From Octopus bimaculoides (Eukaryota): DNA of 44,713 nt. Each line of letters opens with the position of its first letter. Position 1 is the stretch's first letter. Position numbers and translations under genes: made by a program. Positions 7,741-21,086 of the stretch are shown piece after piece. Under the pieces are notes generated by a model. The model was not told the DNA's origin. It did not search any database and saw only the letters and a program-made list of their open reading frames with translations. The stretch spans positions 107,428,754 through 107,473,466 of the forward strand of contig NC_068987.1 of NCBI RefSeq assembly GCF_001194135.2, in the 5' to 3' direction.

Positions 7741-10700
7741 TGAAATTGAGATGAACTGTTAAGATAAACGGATAGCAATCCCCAAGCGACTTCAGGACGT
7801 TCCAGGCTCCAACTCACCAACCTACGTCTTTTTCATACGCTGACATACACACATACGTATCTAATATTGTAGGTACATCCATTTTATACATGGATGTACG
7901 CATACTATTTGTTGACATATCTTTAAGTGAGATAGTTAAAAAGAAATCCCAAAAAGGTGAGACTGACGACGGAGGAGTTTTCCTCTGTCTGCGAGTGAGA
8001 TAATGGAAGAGAAGGCAAGGATAATGGTTGTGGTGGTGGTGGTTGTAGTAGTAGTAGTAGTATTTGTAGTGGTGGTGGTGACTGTGGTTGTAAGGGTACT
8101 ATGTGTGTGTGCGTAGGTGTACACGTGTTGGGCGCTGGGAAATTTATATTAGTTCTTGTTTAATTTGAGTAAACGCTGCCTTATCTAGGCTGTGTAGCGT
8201 TACCTTGAACTGTTAGGCTCGCAATCCGTCTCGACATCTTGTTCGCCTAACCACGCACACATAATATGACTGTGTTTATGTAAATGTGGCAATGTGTGTG
8301 TGTGTTTGCGTGCCTGTCTCTGTGTGTGCATGTGAGTAACTCTACGTGTGCGTGCGTATATGTGTGTGTTTGCGTATGCGTGAGCGTTCCATGTGTATCG
8401 ATGTCAGCAGAAATATCCCTGAAGTGTATGCATGTGACTTAGTTTTGTTTCCTACGTACAAATATCAGTATCGCAGGCTTCCTATCTATCGTTAAGCCCT
8501 TATTCAAGCGCGCACTCCCTTCTTTGCACACACACACAGACAAACACACACACACTTATTCACACACCTGTGTGTGTAAATATAAACTGATCTTGGCGGC
8601 TAAATGTTATATATACATATGTGTGTGTGCGTGCGTGCGTGTGTGTGTATGTGTATGCGTGCGTGCGTGTGTATGTGTGTGTGTCGACTGCTATTTCCAG
8701 TAANNNNNNNNNNTGTGTATGTGTGTGTCGACTGCTATTTCCAGTAAACATTGGTGCTTTGTTGTACCACTACTCTCTCTCTCTCTCTCTCTCTCTCTGT
8801 CAATATATATATATATATGTGTGTATACATAACTTAAATGGATATAGGCACAATTACGTGTAAACAACAATTTATAACTCAAACTCGAGTGGTGTTGCCA
8901 CGTATCACCTACTTTTATTTAGTGTTTCCACTATTTGTATTTGTGTATATAAATACATCCTTTAAATATACGTGTTTATGAGCTTGCATATAGTATCTGT
9001 GCATATCTTTTTCCTATGCCGTGTGTGTTTGTATATACGTTTGTGTGTGTGTGTATTTGTGTTTGCGTGCGTCTGTGTCTGTGGACTCCCACCTAATTTT
9101 TTGTCTGGCTTTGTGTTTGTGCATGTGTCTATGTGTGTGTACCTATGTGTATGTCTCTCATGCGATGATATATATTGATACATTTACAAGCCTAGAAAAT
9201 GGCGTTTTTGTTTTTTTCCTTTCGCTTTTGGTTTTATTTTATTATTTTTTTGATAGACATAATATATTCACAGAGCATGGTGGTCTCTCGTGTCATTACT
9301 ATCTTCATTCGTATTTTTGAGTAGAATACGGTGGAATTGGTGCACAATGGACAAAAGAAGTAGAATTCGGTTGTTCTGTTCGTCTTAAATTCGAATCAAA
9401 TTGTCATAACATGCCTAGGTGAGACAGGTTGATACTGAAGTGGCTTCGCGCCCTCCATTGTCAGTTAAAGTTTAGACAGTGTCATGTGACAACTTGCTGG
9501 GGCTGCCTACTGGACCCTAGCAGCGGGAAATAGAAGAAAGAAGACATGCACCCAACACCAGAGCTGAAGACACCTCCGAAAGGGGGCAGTCCTCGCTACG
9601 TCAAAACGGTAGAGGAATAGGGGCCGAAACCGGACGTGGTTCCTCCTGATGATGTCTTNNNNNNNNNNNNNNNNNNNNNNNNNNNNNNNNNNNNNNNNNN
9701 NNNNNNNNNNNNNNNNNNNNNNNNNNNNNNNNNNNNNNNNNNNNNNNNNNNNNNNNNNNNNNNNNNNNNNNNNNNNNNNNNNNNNNNNNNNNNNNNNNNN
9801 NNNNNNNNNNNNNNNNNNNNNNNNNNNNNNNNNNNNNNNNNNNNNNNNNNNNNNNNNNNNNNNNNNNNNNNNNNNNNNNNNNNNNNNNNNNNNNNNNNNN
9901 NNNNNNNNNNNNNNNNNNNNNNNNNNNNNNNNNNNNNNNNNNNNNNNNNNNNNNNNNNNNNNNNNNNNNNNNNNNNNNNNNNNNNNNNNNNNNNNNNNNN
10001 NNNNNNNNNNNNNNNNNNNNNNNNNNNNNNNNNNNNNNNNNNNNNNNNNNNNNNNNNNNNNNNNNNNNNNNNNNNNNNNNNNNNNNNNNNNNNNNNNNNN
10101 NNNNNNNNNNNNNNNNNNNNNNNNNNNNNNNNNNNNNNNNNNNNNNNNNNNNNNNNNNNNNNNNNNNNNNNNNNNNNNNNNNNNNNNNNNNNNNNNNNNN
10201 NNNNNNNNNNNNNNNNNNNNNNNNNNNNNNNNNNNNNNNNNNNNNNNNNNNNNNNNNNNNNNNNNNNNNNNNNNNNNNNNNNNNNNNNNNNNNNNNNNNN
10301 NNNNNNNNNNNNNNNNNNNNNNNNNNNNNNNNNNNNNNNNNNNNNNNNNNNNNNNNNNNNNNNNNNNNNNNNNNNNNNNNNNNNNNNNNNNNNNNNNNNN
10401 NNNNNNNNNNNNNNNNNNNNNNNNNNNNNNNNNNNCTAGTCCCTCGACGATGAGGGACAAGGACTCACACAAAAACACACATACGAACACACATGCATAC
10501 ACACACGTTGGTGTATGTATGTATTAGTATATATATGCATAGATGTATGTATGTGTATAATTTTCGCTGGTTCATTTCGGCGGAAGGGGTGAACATATAC
10601 GAGGGAACCGCAAACCAATGCTTTTCAAATAGTTTCATGTGATGCATGTATTTCTTTCTCTACATATTACCGAGTGCTACTTATAATAAACGAAGCTATT

Positions 10701-11856
10701 GTTGGTCAGTTTACCATATTCCGAGAGATATATCTTATTTCTTTTGTTCTGCTTCAAATAACGCATAAACTTTTCAGTACCATTCTACCATTTATCATGC
10801 GTGTGAGACTTATAGACCAGAATCACTGGGCATCATCACTTTCAGGAACTTTCCACTTCCGCATCATCAAATCATCTGTTTTGTTATAGATTTTCTTTCA
10901 TAAAATTTGTTTTGTCTCGTTACGACTATTCACCACGTTTCTTTTAAATCCTTTTTATCAGCGTGCTTTCGCATTTTCTTAAACCGTTTTATTTCCAATA
11001 CGTTACCAAATATTTCTTGTTTCAGTGCTTGGTATATCACTCGCTAATGCGCTTTTGGGTAAACTCCCTTTCATTGTTTCTGGAGAGCTTGTTCTACTGA
11101 TACGCATTTATTATTTGTTGTTGTCAGCCTGTAACCCTCTGTGCACCTTGTTATACTCGCTTAGTAGCTCGTCCTTACATCAATCCTTCGCCGTCCTCTT
11201 TTCCGTTATAGCATCTATCCCTCTAAGAACTTTATTGAGCCACTTAGTTTGATTCTCAATTCCGTTTCCCCCCACACTATGCTTATATGAGGCCGTTTGC
11301 ATTTGGCATATTCTCAAATTCAATTTTTTGCATGAGGTGTATCAATTTTCTTCACTGCTTTTCGTCATTTTTCAATTTCGATTTATCTCAAAGCTGGTAA
11401 TCTCGTTCAATCCTTATTCCTTGTCTCGTTTATATATTAAAGTATGTTCCTTTCGCCTTCTCTTATATCGTTTCCCGCCATGCGATAAAACTTATTGTCA
11501 CCCTCACTACTACTTCTTTTCTCCTGTGTGTCATTGATCTTTTCCTCTTCCTTGTTTAATTTCTTCTATGTAACCATATTCTTCATCTTTCAATCTTCTG
11601 ACGATCTCTTTCAGTTCCAAATGGGAGAAGCATTCATTTTACTACATTTGAATTTCTTTTATCTATACTTCTTTGTTCTGTGTCAGCGAACATTTGTCTC
11701 TCTCTTTCTCTCCCCATTACTCACCCTAACTCTTTCTCTCTCTCTTTCTCTCTCTCNNNNNNNNNNNNNNNNNNNNNNNNNNNNNNNNNNNNNNNNNNNN
11801 NNNNNNNNNNNNNNNNNNNNNNNNNNNNNNNNNNNNNNNNNNNNNNNNNNNNNNNN

Positions 11857-12198
11857 GGTGCCCCTGAACTGGCTCTTGTGTGGGGTTGTTGTAGGATTTT
11901 GGAGCGCGATCGTTGCTGGTGCCCCTGGACTGGCTGTTGTCTGGGTGACACATGAGGTTTCTCGAGCGAGATGAGCGTGGCCGTTGCCAGTACCGCCTGA
12001 CTGGCCTTCGTGCGGTTGTCACGTAAAAGCACCCACTAAACTCTCTAAGTGATTGGCGTTAGGAAGGGCTTCCAGCTGTAGAAACACTGGCAAATCAGAT
12101 TGGAGCCTGGTGTAGCTATCTGGTTTCACCACTCCTCAGTCAAATCGTCCAACCCATGCTAGCATGGAAAGCGAACGTTAAACGGCGACGACGACAAC
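11857..12198 (+). mobile_element. 3'-terminal region of a non-LTR retroposon (RTE-type LINE 3' UTR or LINE-tailed SINE)
   Basis: gccagtaccgcctgactggccttcgtg...gattggcgttaggaagggc.tccagctgtagaaac...aacccatgctagcatggaaagcgaacgttaaacg followed by a degenerate (gac)n tail. Recognised as a common octopus repeat end from memory; clade assignment is inference. A ~64-bp direct repeat (ggtgcccctg.actggct) lies at its 5' side. Confidence 0.65.
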
Positions 12199-12889
12199 GG
12201 AAGCCTAAATAATATTATACACAAAAGCATTAAGAACAAAAAAATTTTGAGAAAGATGTCTACCGTGAGACCTAAGACCTGTAATACGTGATAAAACCTT
12301 AGTATTTACTGATACACAGAGTAACAACTCTTTATCTTAAAACGCTCAGCGTTAGCTGCAATTTCATCTGATGTTCAATATGATATATGAGAAGGAAATA
12401 CCAATTCTAGTGGGAAACCAAATGTTGCACCAAACAAACCGTTAAAATTTCAGTTTCTTTTATTTTAAGTTCCCATCATTTTTTTTTCTTCACATATTTA
12501 TTAATCCTATTTTTATCAGAAATTTTTTATCATTTTTCATCTATTTTTCTTTATCTCCAAAATTTTGCTGTTCAGGAAAATTACAGCCAGAAAAATTTAC
12601 TCACGCTCACAAGATACAATACAGGTGTGAGTGTGTATGATTGTATACACAATAGACAAATGAACACCTGCATATGTCTGTGCGTATCAGTGTCCTCTGT
12701 GTTTGTATTTGTGTGTGTTTGTGTAGATATATGCATGTCTTTTTGTACTATACACACACTAGGATACATACAGGGTTTTCGAGCTACATTTGACAGTTTC
12801 CATAAAAATAAAAGAAAGCACAATATCTCATCCGAAACTAGAAGTATTAAAAAGAAAAAAAAAATATCAACCAGATTGTAACTAGATGA

Positions 12890-13445
12890 TAATAGTTCAT
12901 CAAAGTAGCCACGCTCAGATTACCTCACGGCATCAAGACAGCTCTAGAACCTGGCGCATACACTTTGTTCCTGCGAAAATCTTGGCCACCAGCTCGGCCA
13001 TGTTGCAGCAGGCAGAGTGGTTGGTGTCGCACCCCGCACGGAATTACTTACAGTGAGGCGAATTTGGAGGCAGGAAATTTAGGCTGGTGAAGCCACGGAA
13101 ATTTTCCGACAACCAATTCTGACACTTTTCGGAGGTGTGAAAAGGAGACGAATATTGCTGTAACACATATGGCCTTCCTGCAACAATTCCGTCCAGCAAT
13201 AGATTGACCCGTTGCCAGCAGCTTCACGCAGGCGTTTTAATTGAGCTCAAAGCCCTTTTTATCAGTTGTTGGACGAAATCCGGCTTGCGGACGCATTAAG
13301 AAAGCCTACTGAATCCCATCCTGGTCGTCATTGCTTCGTAGTCTCCGTTGCAGATACCCATGTCACATTTCACAGCCTTTACGGTGTTCACAAAATATTG
13401 AGCAGCAGTCATAATGTCGCCATTTTCATACCCGGCGCAATTCAT
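12890..13445 (-). mobile_element. Internally deleted, decayed Tc1/mariner transposase, DD37D (maT) type
   Basis: Minus strand from 13178 reads GRPYVLQQYSSPFHTSEKCQNWLSENFRGFTSLNFLPPNSPHC (family pattern QQDSAPCHT...WPPNSPDCNPMD, 37-residue D-D spacing), a C-terminal GYFDE at ~12896-12910, and an N-terminal piece ...NTVKAVKCDMGICNGDYEA at ~13332-13388. TIRs not identified. Confidence 0.85.
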
Positions 13446-13758
13446 CTTGATAAGGTTAACACTTATCTAATATTCACATAACATCTAGTCGTCCATGTCA
13501 CTGAACTTTTTCTCAACATTAATCTTTAAGCTCGATACAGTTGACTGATCGCCAGCGCATGAAGCTCTGCCTAGAGAGATGAGATATAAAAAAAAAACAT
13601 GCAACTTAGCCCGAACAGTCTCTTAAAGATCGTAGGTTCAAAATCTCAAACACTTTTGTAACATTTCCGAGCGTCAAACTAATAGACCTGCTCGTTGTTC
13701 CCGCAGCTGTCTTCATCGTTTGATTGTTTGTTTTCTGTAAATTTGAACAATATATATT

Positions 13759-13792
<34 letters not shown>

Positions 13793-14493
13793 NNNNNNNN
13801 NNNNNNNNNNNNNNNNNNNNNNNNNNNNNNNNNNNNNNNNNNNNNNNNNNNNNNNNNNNNNNNNNNNNNNNNNNNNNNNNNNNNNNNNNNNNNNNNNNNN
13901 NNNNNNNNNNNNNNNNNNNNNNNNNNNNNNNNNNNNNNNNNNNNNNNNNNNNNNNNNNNNNNNNNNNNNNNNNNNNNNNNNNNNNNNNNNNNNNNNNNNN
14001 NNNNNNNNNNNNNNNNNNNNNNNNNNNNNNNNNNNNNNNNNNNNNNNNNNNNNNNNNNNNNNNNNNNNNNNNNNNNNNNNNNNNNNNNNNNNNNNNNNNN
14101 NNNNNNNNNNNNNNNNNNNNNNNNNNNNNNNNNNNNNNNNNNNNNNNNNNNNNNNNNNNNNNNNNNNNNNNNNNNNNNNNNNNNNNNNNNNNNNNNNNNN
14201 NNNNNNNNNNNNNNNNNNNNNNNNNNNNNNNNNNNNNNNNNNNNNNNNNNNNNNNNNNNNNNNNNNNNNNNNNNNNNNNNNNNNNNNNNNNNNNNNNNNN
14301 NNNNNNNNNNNNNNNNNNNNNNNNNNNNNNNNNNNNNNNNNNNNNNNNNNNNNNNNNNNNNNNNNNNNNNNNNNNNNNNNNNNNNNNNNNNNNNNNNNNN
14401 NNNNNNNNNNNNNNNNNNNNNNNNNNNNNNNNNNNNNNNNNNNNNNNNNNNNNNNNNNNNNNNNNNNNNNNNNNNNNNNNNNNNNNNNNNNNG

Positions 14494-14809
14494 ATTTAGA
14501 TTTCTTAAAAACTATTAAAAATACCTTAATTATACTAAATATGGCAGTTCATAGGCCCCATTTTGTATCCCCTGCTGTCATGCCTTCGAGACCTGCCAAC
14601 TTATACGTAGACTTTTATATTGTTAACTTTTCCCGATTGGATTTATAATAAACAATGATTAAAAGACAGTTTTGAGCTAGCCAGCCTGAAAGGCAGCGAA
14701 ATTGATAAATAGAGGGAGAGAGAGGGAGGGAGGGAAGATCGAAAGAGAAGGTGCAAGAGACACAGAAAAAACAAAGAAAAGAGTGAGAGAGAGACATGAC
14801 ACAAGCGTT
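14494..14809 (+). repeat. Copy 1 of a local segmental duplication
   Basis: atttagatttc...atatggcagttcat...cctgccaacttatacgtagacttttatattgt...cccgattggat...gacagttttgag...gagagacatgacacaagcgtt also at 15632-16414. Confidence 0.9.
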
Positions 14810-15592
14810 CCCATATAGTTGAAATTCACATAGTGAATTGAATCACTCATTCACGTAACACCCTTCCCCTCACCTCAGATGCAAAAAAAAAATGAAAAGA
14901 AAAGCATTTAAATTCTACTAAACAAAATCAAGCAAGAATAGCATTTAAATTCGTATAATCGCCCCTATGTACAGATAAACAACATAAATAACACGGAATA
15001 AATCTTTTTCAAATGATGCTACCATACTATTAAATGTTAATCACCACATCTCAACAATCAAATATAATAAATTTTACATCGCTAATATATCACTGATGTC
15101 GCCATACAACTACAGCTAAATTGAAAGTAACAAACAATTGGCAGAAACAAATTTTAGGTGTGGATATAATTGCTCAAAAATTCCTAAAATTATTATTAGG
15201 CACGATTATTGGGTAAACACACACACGCACACACACACACACACATGCACACGCACACACACAGAGATTCATCTCCTATTTTCTCCTATTTGGCTGTTTA
15301 TTTCGTGAAAATGTCATAAACTGTTTGTAAAGGCAATTGATAGGATATAGAAATGATCGGTGAGTTCCTAGCTCACAAAAGAAAGTGGTTGTATGTGTAT
15401 CTCAGATGGAAATAGAACATTGTGAGTTCGAGGCTCGTCGTACTCATAGACTGTTATTAAGTCAGACATGGCCCGGGCATTTTCTTCTCTAAGTATCCAG
15501 GAAATTTATCTAAGATCTTTTCATGAGGCTAAAACAACAGTAACATCGTCCTTTATAGGACTGGCATATTCTATTGGCATATAAATGTTACT

Positions 15593-15636
<44 letters not shown>

Positions 15637-15786
15637 GATTTCATTAAAACATATTAAAAGTACCTTAACTATTCTAAATATGGCAGTTCATCAGCCCATT
15701 TTGTATCCTCTGGTGTTACACCTTCGATACCTGCCAACTTATACGTAGACTTTTATATTGTCAACTGTTCCCGATTGGATATATAA

Positions 15787-16173
15787 TTGTTGTTGTTGGC
15801 ACTCCATCGCTTACGATGTCGAGGGTTCCGGTTGATCCGATCAACGGAACAGCCTGCTCGTGAAACTAACGTGCAAGTGGCTGAGCACTCCACAGACACG
15901 TGTACTTACAACGTAGTTCTCGGAGATATTCAGCGTGACACAATGTGACAAGGCTGACCCTTTGAATTACAGGCACAACAGAAACAGGAAGTAAGAGTGA
16001 GAGAAAGTTGTGGTGGAAGAGTACAGCAGGGTTCGCCACCATCCCCTGCCGGAGCATCGTGGAAATTTAGGTGTTTTCGCTCAATAAACACTCACAACGC
16101 CCGATCTGGGAATCGAAACCTCGATCCTATGAGCGCGAGTCCGCTGCTCTAACCACTGGGCCATTGCGCCTCC
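15787..16173 (-). mobile_element. Full-length tRNA-derived SINE family 3 with (caa)n tail
   Basis: rc: ggaggcgcaatggcccagtggttagagcagcggactcgc...ggtttcgattcccagatcgggcg...agggtcagccttgtcac...cacgagcaggctgttccgttgatcggatcaaccggaaccctcgac...ggagtgccaacaacaacaa. Confidence 0.92.
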
Positions 16174-16286
16174 ACGGATATTGACAGTTTTGAGGTAGCT
16201 AGCCTGAGAGGCAGAGAGATGGATACATAGAGAGAGTGAGAGGGAAGATTGTGAGAGAAGGAGAAAGAAAAGGGTGAGAGAGAGAG

Positions 16287-16398
16287 AAAGACAATGAGAG
16301 AGAAAGACAATGAGAGAGAAAGACAATGAGAGAGAAAGACAAAGAGAGAGAAAGACAAAGAGAGAGAAAGACAATGAGAGAGAACGACAAAGAGAGAG
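16287..16398 (+). repeat. 16-bp minisatellite, 7 copies of aaagacaa(t/a)gagagag
   Basis: Units start at 16287 and repeat every 16 bp with no spacers. Confidence 0.92.
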
Positions 16399-16430
16399 AC
16401 ATGACACAAGCGTTTTTAAGCAAAAGCTGC

Positions 16431-16588
16431 GTACCCGTAATTCGCTGTTCGGCAAAACAGATCGATAGAAAATATACTAGATTAAAAAAAAAAAAAGTAC
16501 TGGGACCGATTCATTCATTCGATTAAAAATTGTTTAAGGCAATGCTTCAGCATGGTCGCAGTCTAATGACTGAAACATGTAAAAGATA
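16431..16588 (+). mobile_element. Isolated second module (3' half) of SINE family 1
   Basis: ccgtaattcgctgttcggcaaaa...cagcatggtcgcagtctaatgactgaaacatgtaaaaga. Confidence 0.75.
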
Positions 16589-17438
16589 CATGCATAAATA
16601 CACGCACACGCATGGACACACACACACATACAGTCGTACACAAGTCACACACACAATCACATACACATATAACTGATCATTTGTATATCTGTCGTTTGAG
16701 ATAATTGTACCAACATCTGCATTCACAATCTCCTGTCTTTACATTTTTGCATCGATGTATATTTCGAGCTGCGAAAGATCTCTGGCAATTATGTTAACAC
16801 GGAAACACACACATACATATACATTCAATCACATACAATAATATAAACACACAGTGATACGCAGACACACTTTTAGCCACAACGTCGCGTAAAACTTCAC
16901 ATATATGTGTNNNNNNNNNNNNNNNNNNNNNNNNNNNNNNNNNNNNNNNNNNNNNNNNNNNNNNNNNNNNNNNNNNNNNNNNNNNNNNNNNNNNNNNNNN
17001 NNNNNNNNNNNNNNNNNNNNNNNNNNNNNNNNNNNNNNNNNNNNNNNNNNNNNNNNNNNNNNNNNNNNNNNNNNNNNNNNNNNNNNNNNNNNNNNNNNNN
17101 NNNNNNNNNNNNNNNNNNNNNNNNNNNNNNNNNNNNNNNNNNNNNNNNNNNNNNNNNNNNNNNNNNNNNNNNNNNNNNNNNNNNNNNNNNNNNNNNNNNN
17201 NNNNNNNNNNNNNNNNNNNNNNNNNNNNNNNNNNNNNNNNNNNNNNNNNNNNNNNNNNNNNNNNNNNNNNNNNNNNNNNNNNNNNNNNNNNNNNNNNNNN
17301 NNNNNNNNNNNNNNNNNNNNNNNNNNNNNNNNNNNNNNNNNNNNNNNNNNNNNNNNNNNNNNNNNNNNNNNNNNNNNNNNNNNNNNNNNNNNNNNNNNNN
17401 NNNNNNNNNNNNNNNNNNNNNNNNNNNNNNNNNNNNNN

Positions 17439-17500
<62 letters not shown>

Positions 17501-17501
<1 letters not shown>

Positions 17502-17634
17502 CGACAGGCTTCTTTCAGTTTCCTCTATCAAATACACTCCCAAGGCTTTAGTAGAAAACACTTGTCCAAGGTGCCACGCAGTAGGACTGAACCCGGAACT
17601 ATGTGGTTGGTCGGCAAGCTACTTAACACACAGC
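17501..17634 (-). mobile_element. SINE family 1 5' module with small internal deletion; head intact
   Basis: acgacaggcttctttcagtttcc...caaggtgccacgcagtaggactgaacccggaactatgtggttgg...caagctacttaacacacagc. Confidence 0.88.
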
Positions 17635-17761
17635 GAGTAGTAGTAGTAGTAGTATGATCATATGTGCAAGTGTGTAAATACTCACACACACATATATATA
17701 TATACATATATATACACACGCACACATACATAAACACATACATATATATGCATACATATGC

Positions 17762-17803
<42 letters not shown>

Positions 17804-18129
17804 TCACATATCTCTGAATAACATTTGTATTCTTGAACACAATGAGCACACGTGAGGGAATTCTCGTTTAGATCTTGATTAGAGAAACAGAAAATTAATA
17901 TTTTCACAAGTAACAATAAAAGAAAAAAAGTTAATAAAGATTCTTAAAAATTGAGAACTCTCAACACTATGACACCCAAAATTCTCTACGATCACAAAGG
18001 TCAAATCTCAGTGGGTAAGATGACTCACGACTATTGTCACCTCTTAAAGCTGTATCGATTACATATGCATTGTAAAGAAGGCAAGTTAGTCGACGGTAAG
18101 AACTTATCGTTGCCACTCACTTGAGCTGT

Positions 18130-18492
18130 CGACGTGGTCGCCGTCGACGATATCGTTGCTATCATCGCCATAATCTTCTCGCTCTACAACTTCATCAATG
18201 TCATCATTTCCACCATCACTGCCGTAACCACTGTCATCGGAACCACAACCACCACCAGCTTTATCACCATAACCAAACGACCGTCGCCTAACACCAGCAC
18301 CACCACCAACACCACCACTACCGGCATCAGCACCGTCCCTTCCGCCAGCACAATTGCCACCTTTATCGCTATCGCCACCACTGCCGCCCCCTACAAGCGC
18401 CGGCATCGACACTGTCACCGACACCACTTCAAACATCTTCCCACCATAATATTTGTAATAATTTTCTTTATTTCTCATATTTCATAATAATG

Positions 18493-18527
<35 letters not shown>

Positions 18528-18960
18528 GCTGCTACTACTGCTGCTACTACTACTGCTAACAATATTACTACTACTACTACTACTACTACTCAGTATTATC
18601 AACACAAACGACATCGCATTCAACATCATCATCGTCATCGTTATCAACATCATTTGTCCTTATCGTCGACGTCATCATACTCAATTCCATCACCATTGAC
18701 ATCATCATCATCATCATCACCGTCGTCATAGTCATCATCATCATCATCGTCAACGTCGTCGTCATCATCATCTTCATCGTTATTCATCAACGTTGACGTC
18801 GTCGTCATCATCATCATCATCATCAACGTCGTCATCATCATCAACGTCGTCATCATCATCAACGTCGTCGTCATCAACATAAGCATCGTCAGACCTCTGA
18901 GCAAATCTCGGCCTCAGAAACGAGATTATCCTCGATAAACCCATCCATCTCCAACGTCGT
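18130..18960. repeat. Compound trinucleotide microsatellite field: degenerate (ACC)/(ATC), (CTA)n ~18493-18590, (CAT)/(CGT) ~18700-18880
   Basis: Direct reading; accounts for the poly-L, poly-S, poly-D and poly-M ORFs in the track. Confidence 0.9.
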
Positions 18961-19499
18961 CATTGCCCTCGTCATTGTCAGCGCCTTTGTCATCCATAAC
19001 TTCAACAAAACAACACGAACAGCATCCCCCCCTACTCATCATCAAAAATAACAACGATCAAAACAAAAAAAACAACAACAACTATTAAGAGAATCGCCAA
19101 AATCTTCAACCAAAACCTATATAAAATAGGATTAGTAAACCTTGAGGAGGAATGTGTTTTCAAACTGTTGGTTCCATTGAGCCAAGCTAGTGCAAGCGCA
19201 CTACTTATATTCTATTTCAACCTCTCTCCGTCTCTCTTTCTCCTTCTCTCGCACTTTTCTATCTCTCGCTCACACTATCTTCCTATCTCTATATCTCTCT
19301 ATATATACATTTGTTTCTCCGTATTTTTGAGGTAGCCATATTCATTAGCACACGCATGCTCACAGTTTCCTTTATCTATACGCGAAAGCGTTCGCATGAA
19401 TTAAGATGTATGTCGACATACGTGGAGACACAAACACATGCATGCATAAAATCACGCAAGTACACATATATACTCACACACACACACGCTTGCATATAT

Positions 19500-19640
19500 A
19501 ATGCACGAACATCTATCTATCTATCTATCTATCTATCTCTCTGTACCTACCTGTCTGTCTGCATGCATGTATGTCAGTCTGTCTGTCTGTCTTTTAGTCT
19601 ACCTTGTCACTCTCTTCTCATCCAGCGCCAGCGCCACTCT

Positions 19641-19682
<42 letters not shown>

Positions 19683-19959
19683 NNNNNNNNNNNNNNNNNN
19701 NNNNNNNNNNNNNNNNNNNNNNNNNNNNNNNNNNNNNNNNNNNNNNNNNNNNNNNNNNNNNNNNNNNNNNNNNNNNNNNNNNNNNNNNNNNNNNNNNNNN
19801 NNNNNNNNNNNNNNNNNNNNNNNNNNNNNNNNNNNNNNNNNNNNNNNNNNNNNNNNNNNNNNNNNNNNNNNNNNNNNNNNNNNNNNNNNNNNNNNNNNNN
19901 NNNNNNNNNNNNNNNNNNNNNNNNNNNNNNNNNNNNNNNNNNNNNNNNNNCACATATAT

Positions 19960-19993
<34 letters not shown>

Positions 19994-20480
19994 TCATATA
20001 TATATATTTTTATATATATATATTTTTATATATATATACACATATATATATATATGCATATACATATATGTGTATGTCTATACATCTATATAAATATCGC
20101 AGCTTGTATACTCGCGCATGCGCACACGTATGGAGTTATTTACATGGTGTTATTGTATTTTCTGGGTTTTATGTTCCCTTACTGAAATAACGCCGCGGTT
20201 TAAAGAATTCTTGTTCAATGAACTATGGAAGGTTTAAATTGAAAATGGTAGGTGGTAGTTTATAAAGGTCAAATGTTTATATAATATTATTGATATTATT
20301 CTTGTATGGAAATATCAATGTGAACGGATATTCAATAAAATTTCTCTGTTGTATTTTTCAAAAATTTATCAAATATGTAGTTTAGATTAAATATATAGAT
20401 TACGCGATGAAATAGATTACACACACACACAAACACGCAGACACACACACACTCACACATGTATATATATACATAAATAC

Positions 20481-20511
<31 letters not shown>

Positions 20512-20617
20512 CATTTATATATGTGTATATAAGTATGTGTATATGTATATATATATATATATATGTGTGTGTGCGTGTATGCATGTACATTTATATATTT
20601 ATATATATATATATATG

Positions 20618-20660
<43 letters not shown>

Positions 20661-20710
20661 GTATGCGCTACCTATCTGTACATAGATATACGCACACATA
20701 TACACACATA
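19500..20710. repeat. (CTAT)n, (TA)n and mixed TA/TG microsatellite field
   Basis: Direct reading; gap at 19683-19950 is flanked by (TA)n. Confidence 0.9.
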
Positions 20711-20926
20711 TTCATAGAGGAGAATTTTGAAAGTGTCTTCATAACTTCCCTTACTTGCTGTCGTCAGAGATATCATGGCAACAGCAAGGGAGCATTGCTT
20801 TCAAAGACATTGCCAACATTTTCCTCTGCATGAAAAGAAATGAGCGATCCTTCCGTTCAATGTTTAACCGTTGTCATGTATAGTTTACCATGGAGACAAA
20901 TAGTAGATATTTCAAACACGAAAGCT

Positions 20927-21086
20927 GATGAGCTGGTAGAATTGTTTGCACGCCGAGCAAAATGTTTGGTGGCGTTTCGTCTGACTCTACGTGCTGAATT
21001 ATAAATCCGCCGCGGTCGAGTTTGCCGTTTACTCTTTCAGGTTCGATAAAATAAGTACCAGTTAAGCACTGGTGTCAACGTAATCG
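20927..21086 (+). mobile_element. tRNA-related SINE family 4, diverged
   Basis: gagctggtagaat...gcacgccgagcaaaatg...tcgataaaataagtaccagttaagcactggtgtc; same family as 28866-29031 and 43807-44000. Confidence 0.8.

Larger units (their letters stand above)
15632..16414 (+). repeat. Copy 2 of the duplication, carrying a SINE insertion and a minisatellite expansion absent from copy 1
   Basis: Collinear with 14494-14809 once 15787-16173 and the 16-bp array are removed; preceded by (TA)n 15596-15631. Confidence 0.9.

Noticed and set aside
8668-8746. ~35-bp direct repeat (tgtgtcgactgctatttccagtaa) either side of a 10-N gap
   Set aside because: Typical unmerged contig overlap; assembly artefact.
9420-9658. 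GC-richer segment running into a gap, suspected retroelement ORF fragment
   Set aside because: No diagnostic motif in the frames examined; cannot be assigned.
14600-14645. CCAAT and TATAAAA motifs on the minus strand of the duplicated block (also ~15740-15782)
   Set aside because: Spacing is only ~17 bp and such motifs are frequent in AT-rich DNA; no promoter call supportable.
16287-16398. Regular 16-bp array considered as CRISPR-like
   Set aside because: No unique spacers, low-complexity GA-rich unit, eukaryotic context; it is a minisatellite.
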